Shown here: positions 55,409 to 63,851 of the stretch, piece after piece
Numbering within the stretch: position 1 is the first letter of the stretch
Layout: the number at the start of each line of letters is the position of its first letter
Sequence record: JN849462.1
DNA length: 64,000 bases
Reading direction: 5' to 3' (one strand)
Notes under the pieces: generated by a model
The model's database searches: none
Told to the model about the DNA's origin: nothing
The model's input: only the letters and a program-made list of their open reading frames with translations
Made by a program: the position numbers and the translations under genes

Positions 55409-55678
55409 ATGAGCGCACCTAGTACAGCACACTTCTTTACTGTTCACGAAAACGGTGAACGTGAACACTTAGGTCATATTTTCTGCAACTGTGGTTGGTT
55501 CTTTCACGAAGAACATTTCTTAGCAGATATTGCAGACGACATCGAACGAAGTGAGATTCTAAACGGCACAATGAAGAAAGGCGTCGAATGGGATTACGTA
55601 ATTGCATACGGCATGGCATGGTCGAAAGAAACTGTCATGAGTCATCTACCAGAACTAGCACCAAGACGTGGTGAATAA
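55409..55678 (+). CDS. hypothetical protein
   Basis: GGAGG RBS. Confidence 0.75.
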   Translation: MSAPSTAHFFTVHENGEREHLGHIFCNCGWFFHEEHFLADIADDIERSEILNGTMKKGVEWDYVIAYGMAWSKETVMSHLPELAPRRGE

Positions 55679-55893
55679 TGCTAGATGCAATTCATTACAC
55701 GATCATCAAGTCACCAATCTTGTTCACTGTAATAGAAGCGTTTCTTCTTCTATTCACAGCGGGAGCAATGGAGTGGATACCCGAAACAGACGAATCAGAA
55801 ATTGGAATAGCTGTATGTTTGTTTTTGATCTTTATGTCACTAATGGTATTCATTGCATACATGTGGGTTTTCTACGAACCATCATATTTCTAA
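55678..55893 (+). CDS. small membrane protein
   Basis: TAATG coupling; two TM segments. Confidence 0.7.
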   Translation: MLDAIHYTIIKSPILFTVIEAFLLLFTAGAMEWIPETDESEIGIAVCLFLIFMSLMVFIAYMWVFYEPSYF

Positions 55894-55914
55894 GACGCTT
55901 CGGCGTCTTTTTTT
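55892..55914 (+). terminator. intrinsic terminator, UUCG loop
   Basis: AAGACGC-TTCG-GCGTCTT-TTTTT. Confidence 0.9.
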
Positions 55915-55935
55915 CGGTTTGAAGAAAATAATTGC

Positions 55936-56007
55936 AAAAAACGGTTGCATGAAACAACGAATAGACCTAATATAGCTACATCGAAACGAGATACGAAAGA
56001 GAACATT
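55936..56007 (+). promoter_or_regulatory. early promoter cassette without internal hairpin
   Basis: AAAAAACGGTTGCATGAAA (same as 7025), TAATAT, ATCGAAACGAGATAC. Confidence 0.85.
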
Positions 56008-56370
56008 ATGAAAACTCATCTACGCGACAACGCAGTAACAAGCACAACTCACATCGAACTTGAAATCACAACTGAAGTACTTGGTTGGTTCAATAATGAA
56101 TTCAATCAAGCTGACGGTTGGGTGATTGTTGCTCTTGATGAATTCGAAAAAGGTTTTCTTGAGAATGCATCAATCGATCATTCAAAAGTGTATCGCGTTA
56201 TGAATGATGACCGTACAAGCTTATGTCGCATCAACGTTGAAAAAGAAACATATGCGTTTCTTGACAACGCTGAACTAATGGAAACTGGCATGTATAAGTT
56301 CGAGCGCCCAGCGAAATACCGCTCACTTTACATTGACAGCAAAAACGAACTATTCAATCAAGGGAAATAA
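56008..56370 (+). CDS. hypothetical protein
   Basis: ATTATG start. Confidence 0.8.
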   Translation: MKTHLRDNAVTSTTHIELEITTEVLGWFNNEFNQADGWVIVALDEFEKGFLENASIDHSKVYRVMNDDRTSLCRINVEKETYAFLDNAELMETGMYKFERPAKYRSLYIDSKNELFNQGK

Positions 56371-56371
56371 T

Positions 56372-56602
56372 ATGTTGAAACTAACTGTATTTGATGTTGA
56401 ACAAGTTGTTCAAGTCGGTATGCCAATTCGTGTGCAAAACATTCGCACTGAACGAGTTTTCACAACTCACGTCGGGTTGATTCGCGGCACATGCGTTGCA
56501 GTATTCGAAGATGATGCCATTTATGTATTCTCTTCAGATAGTCGCAAAGACGATACTGAAATGTATCAACTAGCAGACAACGCAACACTTACTTTTCACT
56601 AA
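56372..56602 (+). CDS. hypothetical protein
   Basis: AGGGA RBS. Confidence 0.7.
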   Translation: MLKLTVFDVEQVVQVGMPIRVQNIRTERVFTTHVGLIRGTCVAVFEDDAIYVFSSDSRKDDTEMYQLADNATLTFH

Positions 56603-56613
56603 GAGGACACATC

Positions 56614-56853
56614 ATGTTTGGTATTTTTGATAGCGTAGTAGACAGCGTATCGCGCACAGTAGATGATTTCATCGACGATCCAGTTGGTCAGACTGTGTAT
56701 CATGCAACTTCACCGATTCGTGACGCTGCTGAGATTATCGACGGTCTAACTGAAGGCGAGATCAGAGGCATGGCTGTAGCTCGGCTAGGCGCAGATGTAG
56801 CGGCTGGCATGGCAATTTCTGAAATCATCGAAGTACTTGAGTTAGGAGAATAA
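56614..56853 (+). CDS. small acidic hypothetical protein
   Basis: GAGGA RBS. Confidence 0.75.
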   Translation: MFGIFDSVVDSVSRTVDDFIDDPVGQTVYHATSPIRDAAEIIDGLTEGEIRGMAVARLGADVAAGMAISEIIEVLELGE

Positions 56854-56854
56854 T

Positions 56855-57121
56855 ATGAAACAAAGTATCTGGCTACCGCACGTTTCGTTAACTTACTTTC
56901 ATGCATTCTTAGTATTGGTTAACTTGTGGACTGCTTCGACAATCTACGAATACGCTGTTCCAATGCTAATCGGTCTAATCCCTGGCATAGGTATCGGCAT
57001 GAGCGTCACCCTTGTAGTATATCAATGGGAAAAGAACTCAGAAACGTTTGTTGCAGACGTTAAAAAGCCAATTCAATTACTTCTTACCAAGATTCGCGGT
57101 AAGATTGGTAAGCAATCATGA
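56855..57121 (+). CDS. membrane protein
   Basis: AGGAG RBS; two TM segments. Confidence 0.7.
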   Translation: MKQSIWLPHVSLTYFHAFLVLVNLWTASTIYEYAVPMLIGLIPGIGIGMSVTLVVYQWEKNSETFVADVKKPIQLLLTKIRGKIGKQS

Positions 57122-57271
57122 AAGCAGTATTCACACTATCTCGAATAGTAGCAATCTATGCAGCGGGTGTAATGACGCCTGCTCTATACGCAAGCAATCC
57201 GTGGACAGTTATCGCACCAGCTATGGTAGTTATCGGATTTGGAATTTCACTAATCTCGGATGTAGTATCAA

Positions 57272-58009
57272 ATGAAAAAAACTAAAATCACAGCACAAGT
57301 CGGTATGATGTCTCTTTGTGGTGTATCAGGTTCATTCCCATTCTCACACGGTAATTACTGTAGCAACACACAAGGCTATTACTTTGTCAATCTATGGGCC
57401 GAGAATCTTAAACATCTAGTAGCTAACGATTACTTGCCCGACGGGCAAATCGAAGTGTTACTGTTTAGAGATAATAAGCGCCAGAACTACGTTTATGCCT
57501 ACGTTATTGACGAGCGTGTGCCGAAAGAAGCACTCCATGCGCCATACTTCTGTGGTATTGCGACCTCAGTTGAGATCATGCGCTACCATCATCAAACGCC
57601 AGACGATAAATGTCTATGCTATTCTGAAGACCACAGATTGCTTAGTATGCGTTCGCAAGACATGAAAGGTCGTTCAGTACGGCATTGCCCTGAGTGTGAC
57701 ACTCGCTACACGATTCAGCTACCAAGGCGCAACGATGTCTTTCGTGTTCAGACGTTCTCCGAGGATGGTTGGCACAATTGGAATCTGTTCTATCACAAAG
57801 ACGGTGTTTTCTACACAATTCCCGAAAACGAGCCGGTAGCTGCCGAAGACATCATCAAGGTCGACGCGAAACCTGTCAGTAACTTCGGTACTGGCGAAGA
57901 ACAGCAAGCGGCAATCTCGCTTGAAGAGTTCAACTTCAGCGGCGTTGTTGAGAAAGCTGTCCCGAAAATCGAGAATGGTCAGACTCGATATGAAGTTGTA
58001 CAAAAATAG
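57272..58009 (+). CDS. hypothetical protein
   Basis: 245 aa; internal CPEC. Confidence 0.8.
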   Translation: MKKTKITAQVGMMSLCGVSGSFPFSHGNYCSNTQGYYFVNLWAENLKHLVANDYLPDGQIEVLLFRDNKRQNYVYAYVIDERVPKEALHAPYFCGIATSVEIMRYHHQTPDDKCLCYSEDHRLLSMRSQDMKGRSVRHCPECDTRYTIQLPRRNDVFRVQTFSEDGWHNWNLFYHKDGVFYTIPENEPVAAEDIIKVDAKPVSNFGTGEEQQAAISLEEFNFSGVVEKAVPKIENGQTRYEVVQK

Positions 58010-58400
58010 TACAAAAATCGGCGTTCCTGCGGAGCTGAGTGTCTGGCGACACTGTATCAGCTCCTTGGGTATTGAGGTACTTATGGTATTCACTGAAGAG
58101 CAGCTTGTTCAAATCGAGCACAACTACTCGCATATTGATACTGTCAATCTTGCAGATAGAAAGGGCGTGCCACAAGCGAAGTATGTCATAGAGATACGAC
58201 AAGGCACGTATACTAAATTCAAAACATCTTGGTTAAGTCAAGATTCATGCGAAGAACGAGATATTGACCCAGAGCTAGTCGGCTACTGGATTCTATCTCA
58301 CGAAATCGACCCTTATTGGTACTCAGTTCAAGAATGTTTGAAAGAGTATGAGTGGGAACGAGCACACGAAGTAACAGTCACAACATGGGAAGCAATTTAA
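57990..58400 (+). CDS. hypothetical protein
   Basis: Stop TAATG-coupled to the next gene; start uncertain. Confidence 0.6.
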   Translation: MKLYKNSTKIGVPAELSVWRHCISSLGIEVLMVFTEEQLVQIEHNYSHIDTVNLADRKGVPQAKYVIEIRQGTYTKFKTSWLSQDSCEERDIDPELVGYWILSHEIDPYWYSVQECLKEYEWERAHEVTVTTWEAI

Positions 58401-58774
58401 TGAGCACAAATTCAAGCATTAGTATTACACAAGAAAACGGTCACGTTCGTTCAATCTACTGTCACTGGGATGGTGGTATGTGGACGGGTGGCGTAGCTGA
58501 AACCCTGATCGAGAACTATCGCACCGAAGCTGAAGTCAATGCACTGATCGATCAAGGTGGATGTAGCTCACTTGGCGGTACAATCGAAGATAGCGTTTTC
58601 TACGCACGTGACCGCGGTGAAGAACTCGAAATCTACATCGACAACATCCCAGAGCAAGAATACAACTACATGTTCCGCGACGGAAAGTGGTTTGTATGTT
58701 GCCCTGAAACGAATTGGGAAGATGTCGTTCTAACAAATGAACTTCGTGTTGAACTTGAAAACTGTGAAGAGTAG
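58400..58774 (+). CDS. conserved phage protein (SIYCHWDG type)
   Basis: MST.S.I...VRSIYCHWDG...LIENY...EYNYMF. Confidence 0.75.
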   Translation: MSTNSSISITQENGHVRSIYCHWDGGMWTGGVAETLIENYRTEAEVNALIDQGGCSSLGGTIEDSVFYARDRGEELEIYIDNIPEQEYNYMFRDGKWFVCCPETNWEDVVLTNELRVELENCEE

Positions 58775-58776
58775 TC

Positions 58777-59139
58777 ATGCCAGAATATAAACCCGCAGAA
58801 ACAATCAAAGACCCTTCAGGTCGAGAATATCAGATCGGCGCGTATTATAAAGTGCGCTGCACTGACAATGGGCCGTTCGGTTATGGTGAAACTAAAATCG
58901 TCCCAATGACTGAAAATTTTGATTTTGCATATCACACAGTCGAAGAAGTTCACGGTGTTTTTGGTACAATTCGCAAGCCACCACCGAAACTAATCGAAGG
59001 TAGAGCATATATGTTCTACATGTGCGATTCTAACGAGCGTAGCGTGGGTATATGGGGCGGAATAGACAAAGGCTTTATATGCGGTCCCGTTAATCTTAAA
59101 ATGTCTCAAATCGACGCACAGACGCTCTCAGAGGTATAG
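58777..59139 (+). CDS. hypothetical protein
   Basis: 120 aa ORF in the operon. Confidence 0.75.
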   Translation: MPEYKPAETIKDPSGREYQIGAYYKVRCTDNGPFGYGETKIVPMTENFDFAYHTVEEVHGVFGTIRKPPPKLIEGRAYMFYMCDSNERSVGIWGGIDKGFICGPVNLKMSQIDAQTLSEV

Positions 59140-59319
59140 ATGAAATGTGAAATCTGTGGACACCCCGACGGGTACAGTGACGGTGTTGGTATGATTCTGT
59201 GCAATGACTGCTACAGTGCAGCAAGAAAGCCATTAATCGGTTACACTGAAGACAATCAGCCAGTTATTGTGCCACCGTCACTTGTAGACAAAATCAAAAA
59301 ACTTTTCGAAAAGGGTTGA
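59140..59319 (+). CDS. small Zn-finger-like protein (below cutoff)
   Basis: CEIC...LCNDC; GAGGT RBS. Confidence 0.65.
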   Translation: MKCEICGHPDGYSDGVGMILCNDCYSAARKPLIGYTEDNQPVIVPPSLVDKIKKLFEKG

Positions 59320-59380
59320 CTACGGTCAGCCCTTTCTTGTATTATTCTCATATCGAAACGAAACACGAAAAGAGAACATT
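59310..59380 (+). promoter_or_regulatory. promoter/terminator cassette
   Basis: AAAGGGTTGAC-TACG-GTCAGCCCTTT, TATTAT, ATCGAAACGA; almost identical to 24301. Confidence 0.85.
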
Positions 59381-59671
59381 ATGATTACACTATCTACTAA
59401 CAAAGAACAACTAGCTATCTTCTGCGTACTTGATTCAGCACTTAGTGCTCCAATCATGAACTTCGTTGAAACGAAGACAGTTCTAGACATGACTGTGTAT
59501 CATCTTGTATTATCTCGCGAAGATGTTCTTGCACTAGCAAAAGCAGTTGAAGCAAGTGACTTTGATCACGAAGATGAGTTCGGTCTTATCTTTAACGAAA
59601 CAATGTCAGAACTGCTTTTTGAAATCTACGAAGAAAACGACACAGAATCTGTTCACGGTATCGCACTATAA
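59381..59671 (+). CDS. hypothetical acidic protein
   Basis: ATTATG start. Confidence 0.8.
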   Translation: MITLSTNKEQLAIFCVLDSALSAPIMNFVETKTVLDMTVYHLVLSREDVLALAKAVEASDFDHEDEFGLIFNETMSELLFEIYEENDTESVHGIAL

Positions 59672-59681
59672 GGAGCGCATT

Positions 59682-60134
59682 ATGATTTACCCATTATCAC
59701 CTGTACTTTGGTCTTTTCAAGATGTTGAACGCGAAACAGGTCTTCGCATTTGGGAAGAAATGATCTCTAACGTCGAAGGTACTGGCATTCGTCTGTTTGC
59801 TGCGAAGTACAATCAATTTGTATTCGACGCTGTTCACCCTAAAGTACCGCTGTGCGATCACTTTAACGTACTGCCGCCTCTTGATGCAACAATCAACTTT
59901 CATAGCAATAGCTATACGATTGTTATCATCACTGAAGATTCATTCGATGTGCTCTTCTCAGAGCGTGCAAGCGAACGCACAATCGCAGACGTTGAACGTA
60001 TCATTAATGATGCCGCAGAGAGTTGGAACGAACATCGTCTTTGTACTCACGAGCAGCGTTATACAATCGAGTGGTGCAGTGCTATTCAAGACTACATCAT
60101 TAATACAGTCACGTTTGATCGCAAGTGGAGCTAA
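59682..60134 (+). CDS. hypothetical protein
   Basis: AAGGAG RBS; start 59682. Confidence 0.8.
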   Translation: MIYPLSPVLWSFQDVERETGLRIWEEMISNVEGTGIRLFAAKYNQFVFDAVHPKVPLCDHFNVLPPLDATINFHSNSYTIVIITEDSFDVLFSERASERTIADVERIINDAAESWNEHRLCTHEQRYTIEWCSAIQDYIINTVTFDRKWS

Positions 60135-60136
60135 TC

Positions 60137-60403
60137 ATGGAATACATGTCTTTCATTGCGTTTATTGGTTTTGTTGCATATGCAATATACATTCTAGTAA
60201 GAAAAGAACCTTGCAAGCACGACTGGATTACTATCAAAGACGAGACGACAAAATCTCGCGGTGAAATATACGGCGAAATGACTGGCAAAGTTCCGTCACC
60301 TCGTAACTCGTATCACATGGAAGAGCTTACAAAGCGCAAACGTATCATCATTTTAAGCTGCTGCAAGTGCGGTAAGCTAGACAAAACAGTGGAGCATATC
60401 TAA
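60137..60403 (+). CDS. membrane-anchored protein with Cys motifs
   Basis: N-terminal TM; CKHDW...CCKCG. Confidence 0.7.
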   Translation: MEYMSFIAFIGFVAYAIYILVRKEPCKHDWITIKDETTKSRGEIYGEMTGKVPSPRNSYHMEELTKRKRIIILSCCKCGKLDKTVEHI

Positions 60404-60681
60404 TGCAGTACACACTTGATTTACTCAATGAAAAGCTTGAATCTCTCAAGTCAGAACAATTTGGTTGGGTTGTTGCATTACCTAAAAAACAAGGTGATGA
60501 CATTGCAACTGTTCAGAAAATCATTACTGACATTGCAGTTCAGATTACATCAATCGAGCACGATATTAAACTAATCGAAGCAGCACGCGGTCTAAATGCA
60601 AGAGTAGTTAAGCAAATCGTTGATGAGCATTACCGCGAACATTACAAACTTGACGAAAACGACAACTTCATCGGAGATTAA
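60403..60681 (+). CDS. hypothetical protein
   Basis: TAATG coupling. Confidence 0.75.
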   Translation: MQYTLDLLNEKLESLKSEQFGWVVALPKKQGDDIATVQKIITDIAVQITSIEHDIKLIEAARGLNARVVKQIVDEHYREHYKLDENDNFIGD

Positions 60682-60682
60682 C

Positions 60683-61507
60683 ATGGAAATTGAAATCGAG
60701 CGCAAATGGCTAGTTACTGCTGAACAGTATCGTGAATTCGTAAACTGGATGCATTATCGCGATAACGGCGCCACTTCAATGAACATCTTTCAGCGTTATT
60801 TCAAGAAAGATGAGATCTCATTCGTCGATGGCTCGTTTTACATCAACAGTCGAGTGAAAGAAGGTCGCGGTTATTTGATTAAAGCACCGAAAGACTGTCC
60901 TGATCTAACTGGCGTGAATCTACGCAAGCTAGGTGCGCGTATGCGACTAACCACGTCTGAGATCTTCTTTGACAAGCTTGAATTCACAATCAAGATCCCA
61001 CACGGCGACGGCATTGCCAAGCGTGAAATCAACATCCCGCTTGAGTCTGGTTATGCAGACTTGATCACAGATTCGATTGCGAAAGATGACAAGCTAAATC
61101 GCAATACAACCGAAGTCGTCCCGACGGGATTGATTAAAAAGGTTCGTTGGTCAGGTGAAGTTGACGACGTACATTACGATGCTGACCGTTTCACGAATCG
61201 ACCTTTTTACATCATCGAAGCTGAATTCAAAGATGAAGCTGAAGCTGAAGCATTCGTTACACCGTTTGAGTTCATTCGCGAGGTGACGGAAGACAAGCGA
61301 TTCAGCAACAAGCGAATGGCATGGAATCACGATGCCGCAGACGGGTTGGCTAGTAATATTCGTCTTTATGTCGAGAAGCTTGAGAAAGAAGCGAATGCAT
61401 TGCGAAGTGATACGCTAGTATCAATGCGCGAAAGCGTAACGAACGAAATCATGGCAGAACGTTACGAGAAAATTGCTCGTGATCTAAAACACATTGTAGG
61501 TGCGTAA
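60683..61507 (+). CDS. CYTH (triphosphate tunnel metalloenzyme) domain protein
   Basis: EIERKWLV (ExExK), RMR, TIK, RE.N, KKVR, DAD.F...IIEAEF, EVTEDKRFSN. Confidence 0.85.
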   Translation: MEIEIERKWLVTAEQYREFVNWMHYRDNGATSMNIFQRYFKKDEISFVDGSFYINSRVKEGRGYLIKAPKDCPDLTGVNLRKLGARMRLTTSEIFFDKLEFTIKIPHGDGIAKREINIPLESGYADLITDSIAKDDKLNRNTTEVVPTGLIKKVRWSGEVDDVHYDADRFTNRPFYIIEAEFKDEAEAEAFVTPFEFIREVTEDKRFSNKRMAWNHDAADGLASNIRLYVEKLEKEANALRSDTLVSMRESVTNEIMAERYEKIARDLKHIVGA

Positions 61508-61989
61508 TGAAAGTATATGCAATTCACATTAACAACTTAACAACTGGTATGATGTGCGGGTCACCACTCGCACAAGGTTGTTTCAATCTAATCGTTGACC
61601 GTCTACCGAGAGAAGCAGTGTATGAACGTCACGGTCGCTTTCTGATTAGCAACACAGACGGCGTTTGGCGTCACTTTACAATCGGCGAACAAGGCGGATT
61701 TGCAGGTCGTACGTTCAAACTACGCATGAAGGGTGGTACTGTATTCAAGAACAAAGGTTATCATTATGAAGAATTCAAAGGTAATCTGTGGGATACTGCT
61801 GCTGGATTGCAAAAGTGTATGGAACTTGCTGGCGGTCCCTTGATGAGCGTTTCACTGCGACCACATCACGAAAACGGCTGTTTCATTGGCGGGTATTACT
61901 TCAGTCAAGAAGAAATTCTCTTGAAGTTTAGCCACTTGATTCGTTTCGCACCCGCGACTCAAAACAGCGCGATTACATTCGGTGAGTAA
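61507..61989 (+). CDS. hypothetical protein
   Basis: TAATG coupling. Confidence 0.8.
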   Translation: MKVYAIHINNLTTGMMCGSPLAQGCFNLIVDRLPREAVYERHGRFLISNTDGVWRHFTIGEQGGFAGRTFKLRMKGGTVFKNKGYHYEEFKGNLWDTAAGLQKCMELAGGPLMSVSLRPHHENGCFIGGYYFSQEEILLKFSHLIRFAPATQNSAITFGE

Positions 61990-61991
61990 AA

Positions 61992-62624
61992 ATGAAGATC
62001 AATAAATTTCAAGTAGACGGCAAGCCATTCTTGATGATTGATGACTTTCTACCTAGCGAAGTCGTTGATGAAATCGAGAACACGTTAAAATCAATTAACG
62101 ATTGGGATCATGCCGACAACATCTTTGACTTCAATACGATTGTCAAAGACAAAACCGCGATACTGCAAGGTGATCAATATCGTTTGCGAACTGGTGTGCT
62201 GGATGAACTTGCTGAATCGACGCTTGACCGAATTCTTGAAATACTCGAAACTGAATTCGGATGCAAGTATGACAAGTCAGAACTTCGCAAAATAAACGAA
62301 TGGGAATATGCGTTTCGTTTCAACACGTCATATTATGAAAAAGTAAACGATGAAATGCTGTTCCATTATGATAGCAAAGGCGTAACATTCATGTATATGC
62401 CGTGTGAACAGCATGACGACGGTACGTATTTTTTCTCTGACGGTGATCGTGACAAGCACGTATACACACTGAAACATAAGCGCGGGTCGGTTGCGATATT
62501 CAATGCAAGCGATATTATGCATTGTAGCGCAAAACCGTCACCGTTAGATGAGTATCGCTATACAATCGTTTGGCAGTTTGTGTTCCCACCTCATCTTAAA
62601 CCAATCAGAGAAGTAATCGCATGA
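61992..62624 (+). CDS. 2OG-Fe(II) oxygenase
   Basis: IDDFLP N-terminus, HYD, G.VAIFN...HCS...RYTIV (HxD...H...R). Confidence 0.85.
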   Translation: MKINKFQVDGKPFLMIDDFLPSEVVDEIENTLKSINDWDHADNIFDFNTIVKDKTAILQGDQYRLRTGVLDELAESTLDRILEILETEFGCKYDKSELRKINEWEYAFRFNTSYYEKVNDEMLFHYDSKGVTFMYMPCEQHDDGTYFFSDGDRDKHVYTLKHKRGSVAIFNASDIMHCSAKPSPLDEYRYTIVWQFVFPPHLKPIREVIA

Positions 62625-63151
62625 ACAGTCACAGAGCAGAGATCATTCAATTAAAACGCCGCGTTTCTACGCTAGAAGAAATGGTGAAAACTCTCATGAA
62701 CCGTGACGTTACACCCCGTAACGTTTTTGAAGATGAAGAAGACGAGCACATTTCATTGCATCCCGTCGATGACACGTTCGATATGTTCCGAATCAAGCGT
62801 GAGCTATTGCAAGCAATGTCTCAACAGTCGGTGCGTTATCTCGATATTACGTTCGAGAATTACCCGAACGTAGCGCGACACAAAGTGTATCAGAATCATC
62901 TAATGCAAGATGTCGGTATGTCAGATGCAGATCGCAAGAAACTTGCAAAGACTCGTTACATGATTGCCGATGAAATGTCAGTGGGTGATGAGTTTGAATG
63001 CCCTGGGTGTGGTGAGAAAGTCATCAAGAAATCTTATCAACATCGTTTCTGCGGCGTGAAGAAACAAGGTCAGAGCAATTGCAAAGACTTTATCAACAAT
63101 TGGTTTAACCCTAGTCGATTAGAACGCACACTTGAATGGCTTGAAAAATGA
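62621..63151 (+). CDS. hypothetical protein with C-terminal Zn ribbon
   Basis: CPGC...RFC...NCKD. Confidence 0.75.
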   Translation: MNSHRAEIIQLKRRVSTLEEMVKTLMNRDVTPRNVFEDEEDEHISLHPVDDTFDMFRIKRELLQAMSQQSVRYLDITFENYPNVARHKVYQNHLMQDVGMSDADRKKLAKTRYMIADEMSVGDEFECPGCGEKVIKKSYQHRFCGVKKQGQSNCKDFINNWFNPSRLERTLEWLEK

Positions 63152-63396
63152 AGATAAGAATAGTAAGATTCGAAGACGGTACGGGAAAATCACTGTATCG
63201 CATACAGTTCAAGAATTGGTATTGGCCATTCTGGACATTTTACAAACGCATGAATGAAGCGGGAAGTGAAGGCATTGTTGAGTGTGAGACTATTGAAGGT
63301 GCAATTGAGTGTCTTCAATGCGACGCTCAACGAGAACTATACAAACAACGCGAGTTCAAAGAAGTTGTAGGAATTTATGATGATCAAATCCGTTAA
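63148..63396 (+). CDS. hypothetical protein
   Basis: ATGA overlap. Confidence 0.7.
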   Translation: MKIRIVRFEDGTGKSLYRIQFKNWYWPFWTFYKRMNEAGSEGIVECETIEGAIECLQCDAQRELYKQREFKEVVGIYDDQIR

Positions 63397-63730
63397 AGCT
63401 TTATTCAGTAAACGCAAATGGAATGTGGTAGGTCGTTCTGAAAATCTCGATTTATGGACAGTGACTACTCGCAGACCACAAGTGAAATGTCGATTACTAT
63501 TGAAAGAAGATCAGTACGGGAATCGTGATTATGAACTTGACATGCTCGACGACTCTCCTGTTAATTACAATAGTTCAATTCGCTATTGCATGATTGACCA
63601 AATCATACCGAGAGAATACATTCAAAAGTTCTTGAAAGGTTGGTCAGTAGACAAAATCAACCGCATTTACGGGAAGACTGTCTTTACCATTGAGAAAACG
63701 CCATACGAGTCTTTCAAAGACTGGCGTTAA
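63377..63730 (+). CDS. hypothetical protein
   Basis: Ends at a terminator. Confidence 0.75.
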   Translation: MMIKSVKALFSKRKWNVVGRSENLDLWTVTTRRPQVKCRLLLKEDQYGNRDYELDMLDDSPVNYNSSIRYCMIDQIIPREYIQKFLKGWSVDKINRIYGKTVFTIEKTPYESFKDWR

Positions 63731-63732
63731 TA

Positions 63733-63757
63733 AAAGCCCCTTAATTGGGGCTTTTTT
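63733..63757 (+). terminator. intrinsic terminator (copy 3 of an identical 25-mer)
   Basis: AAAGCCCCTTAATTGGGGCTTTTTT. Confidence 0.88.
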
Positions 63758-63780
63758 AGGTTTGATGAAAATAATTGAAA

Positions 63781-63851
63781 AAAGTTATTGACGAGTGTTT
63801 AGAATTTGCCTAATATGTGTCTATCGAAACGAAACAACGAAAGAGAAAATT
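63781..63851 (+). promoter_or_regulatory. early promoter cassette without internal hairpin
   Basis: TTGACG, TAATAT, ATCGAAACGA, GAGA RBS. Confidence 0.85.

Noticed and set aside
174-62522. Numerous short antisense or nested ORFs in the six-frame track (e.g. 174-401, 1047-1316, 1409-1726, 2627-3061, 45766-46173)
   Set aside because: They lie fully inside better-supported genes, have no RBS, and read as shadow frames
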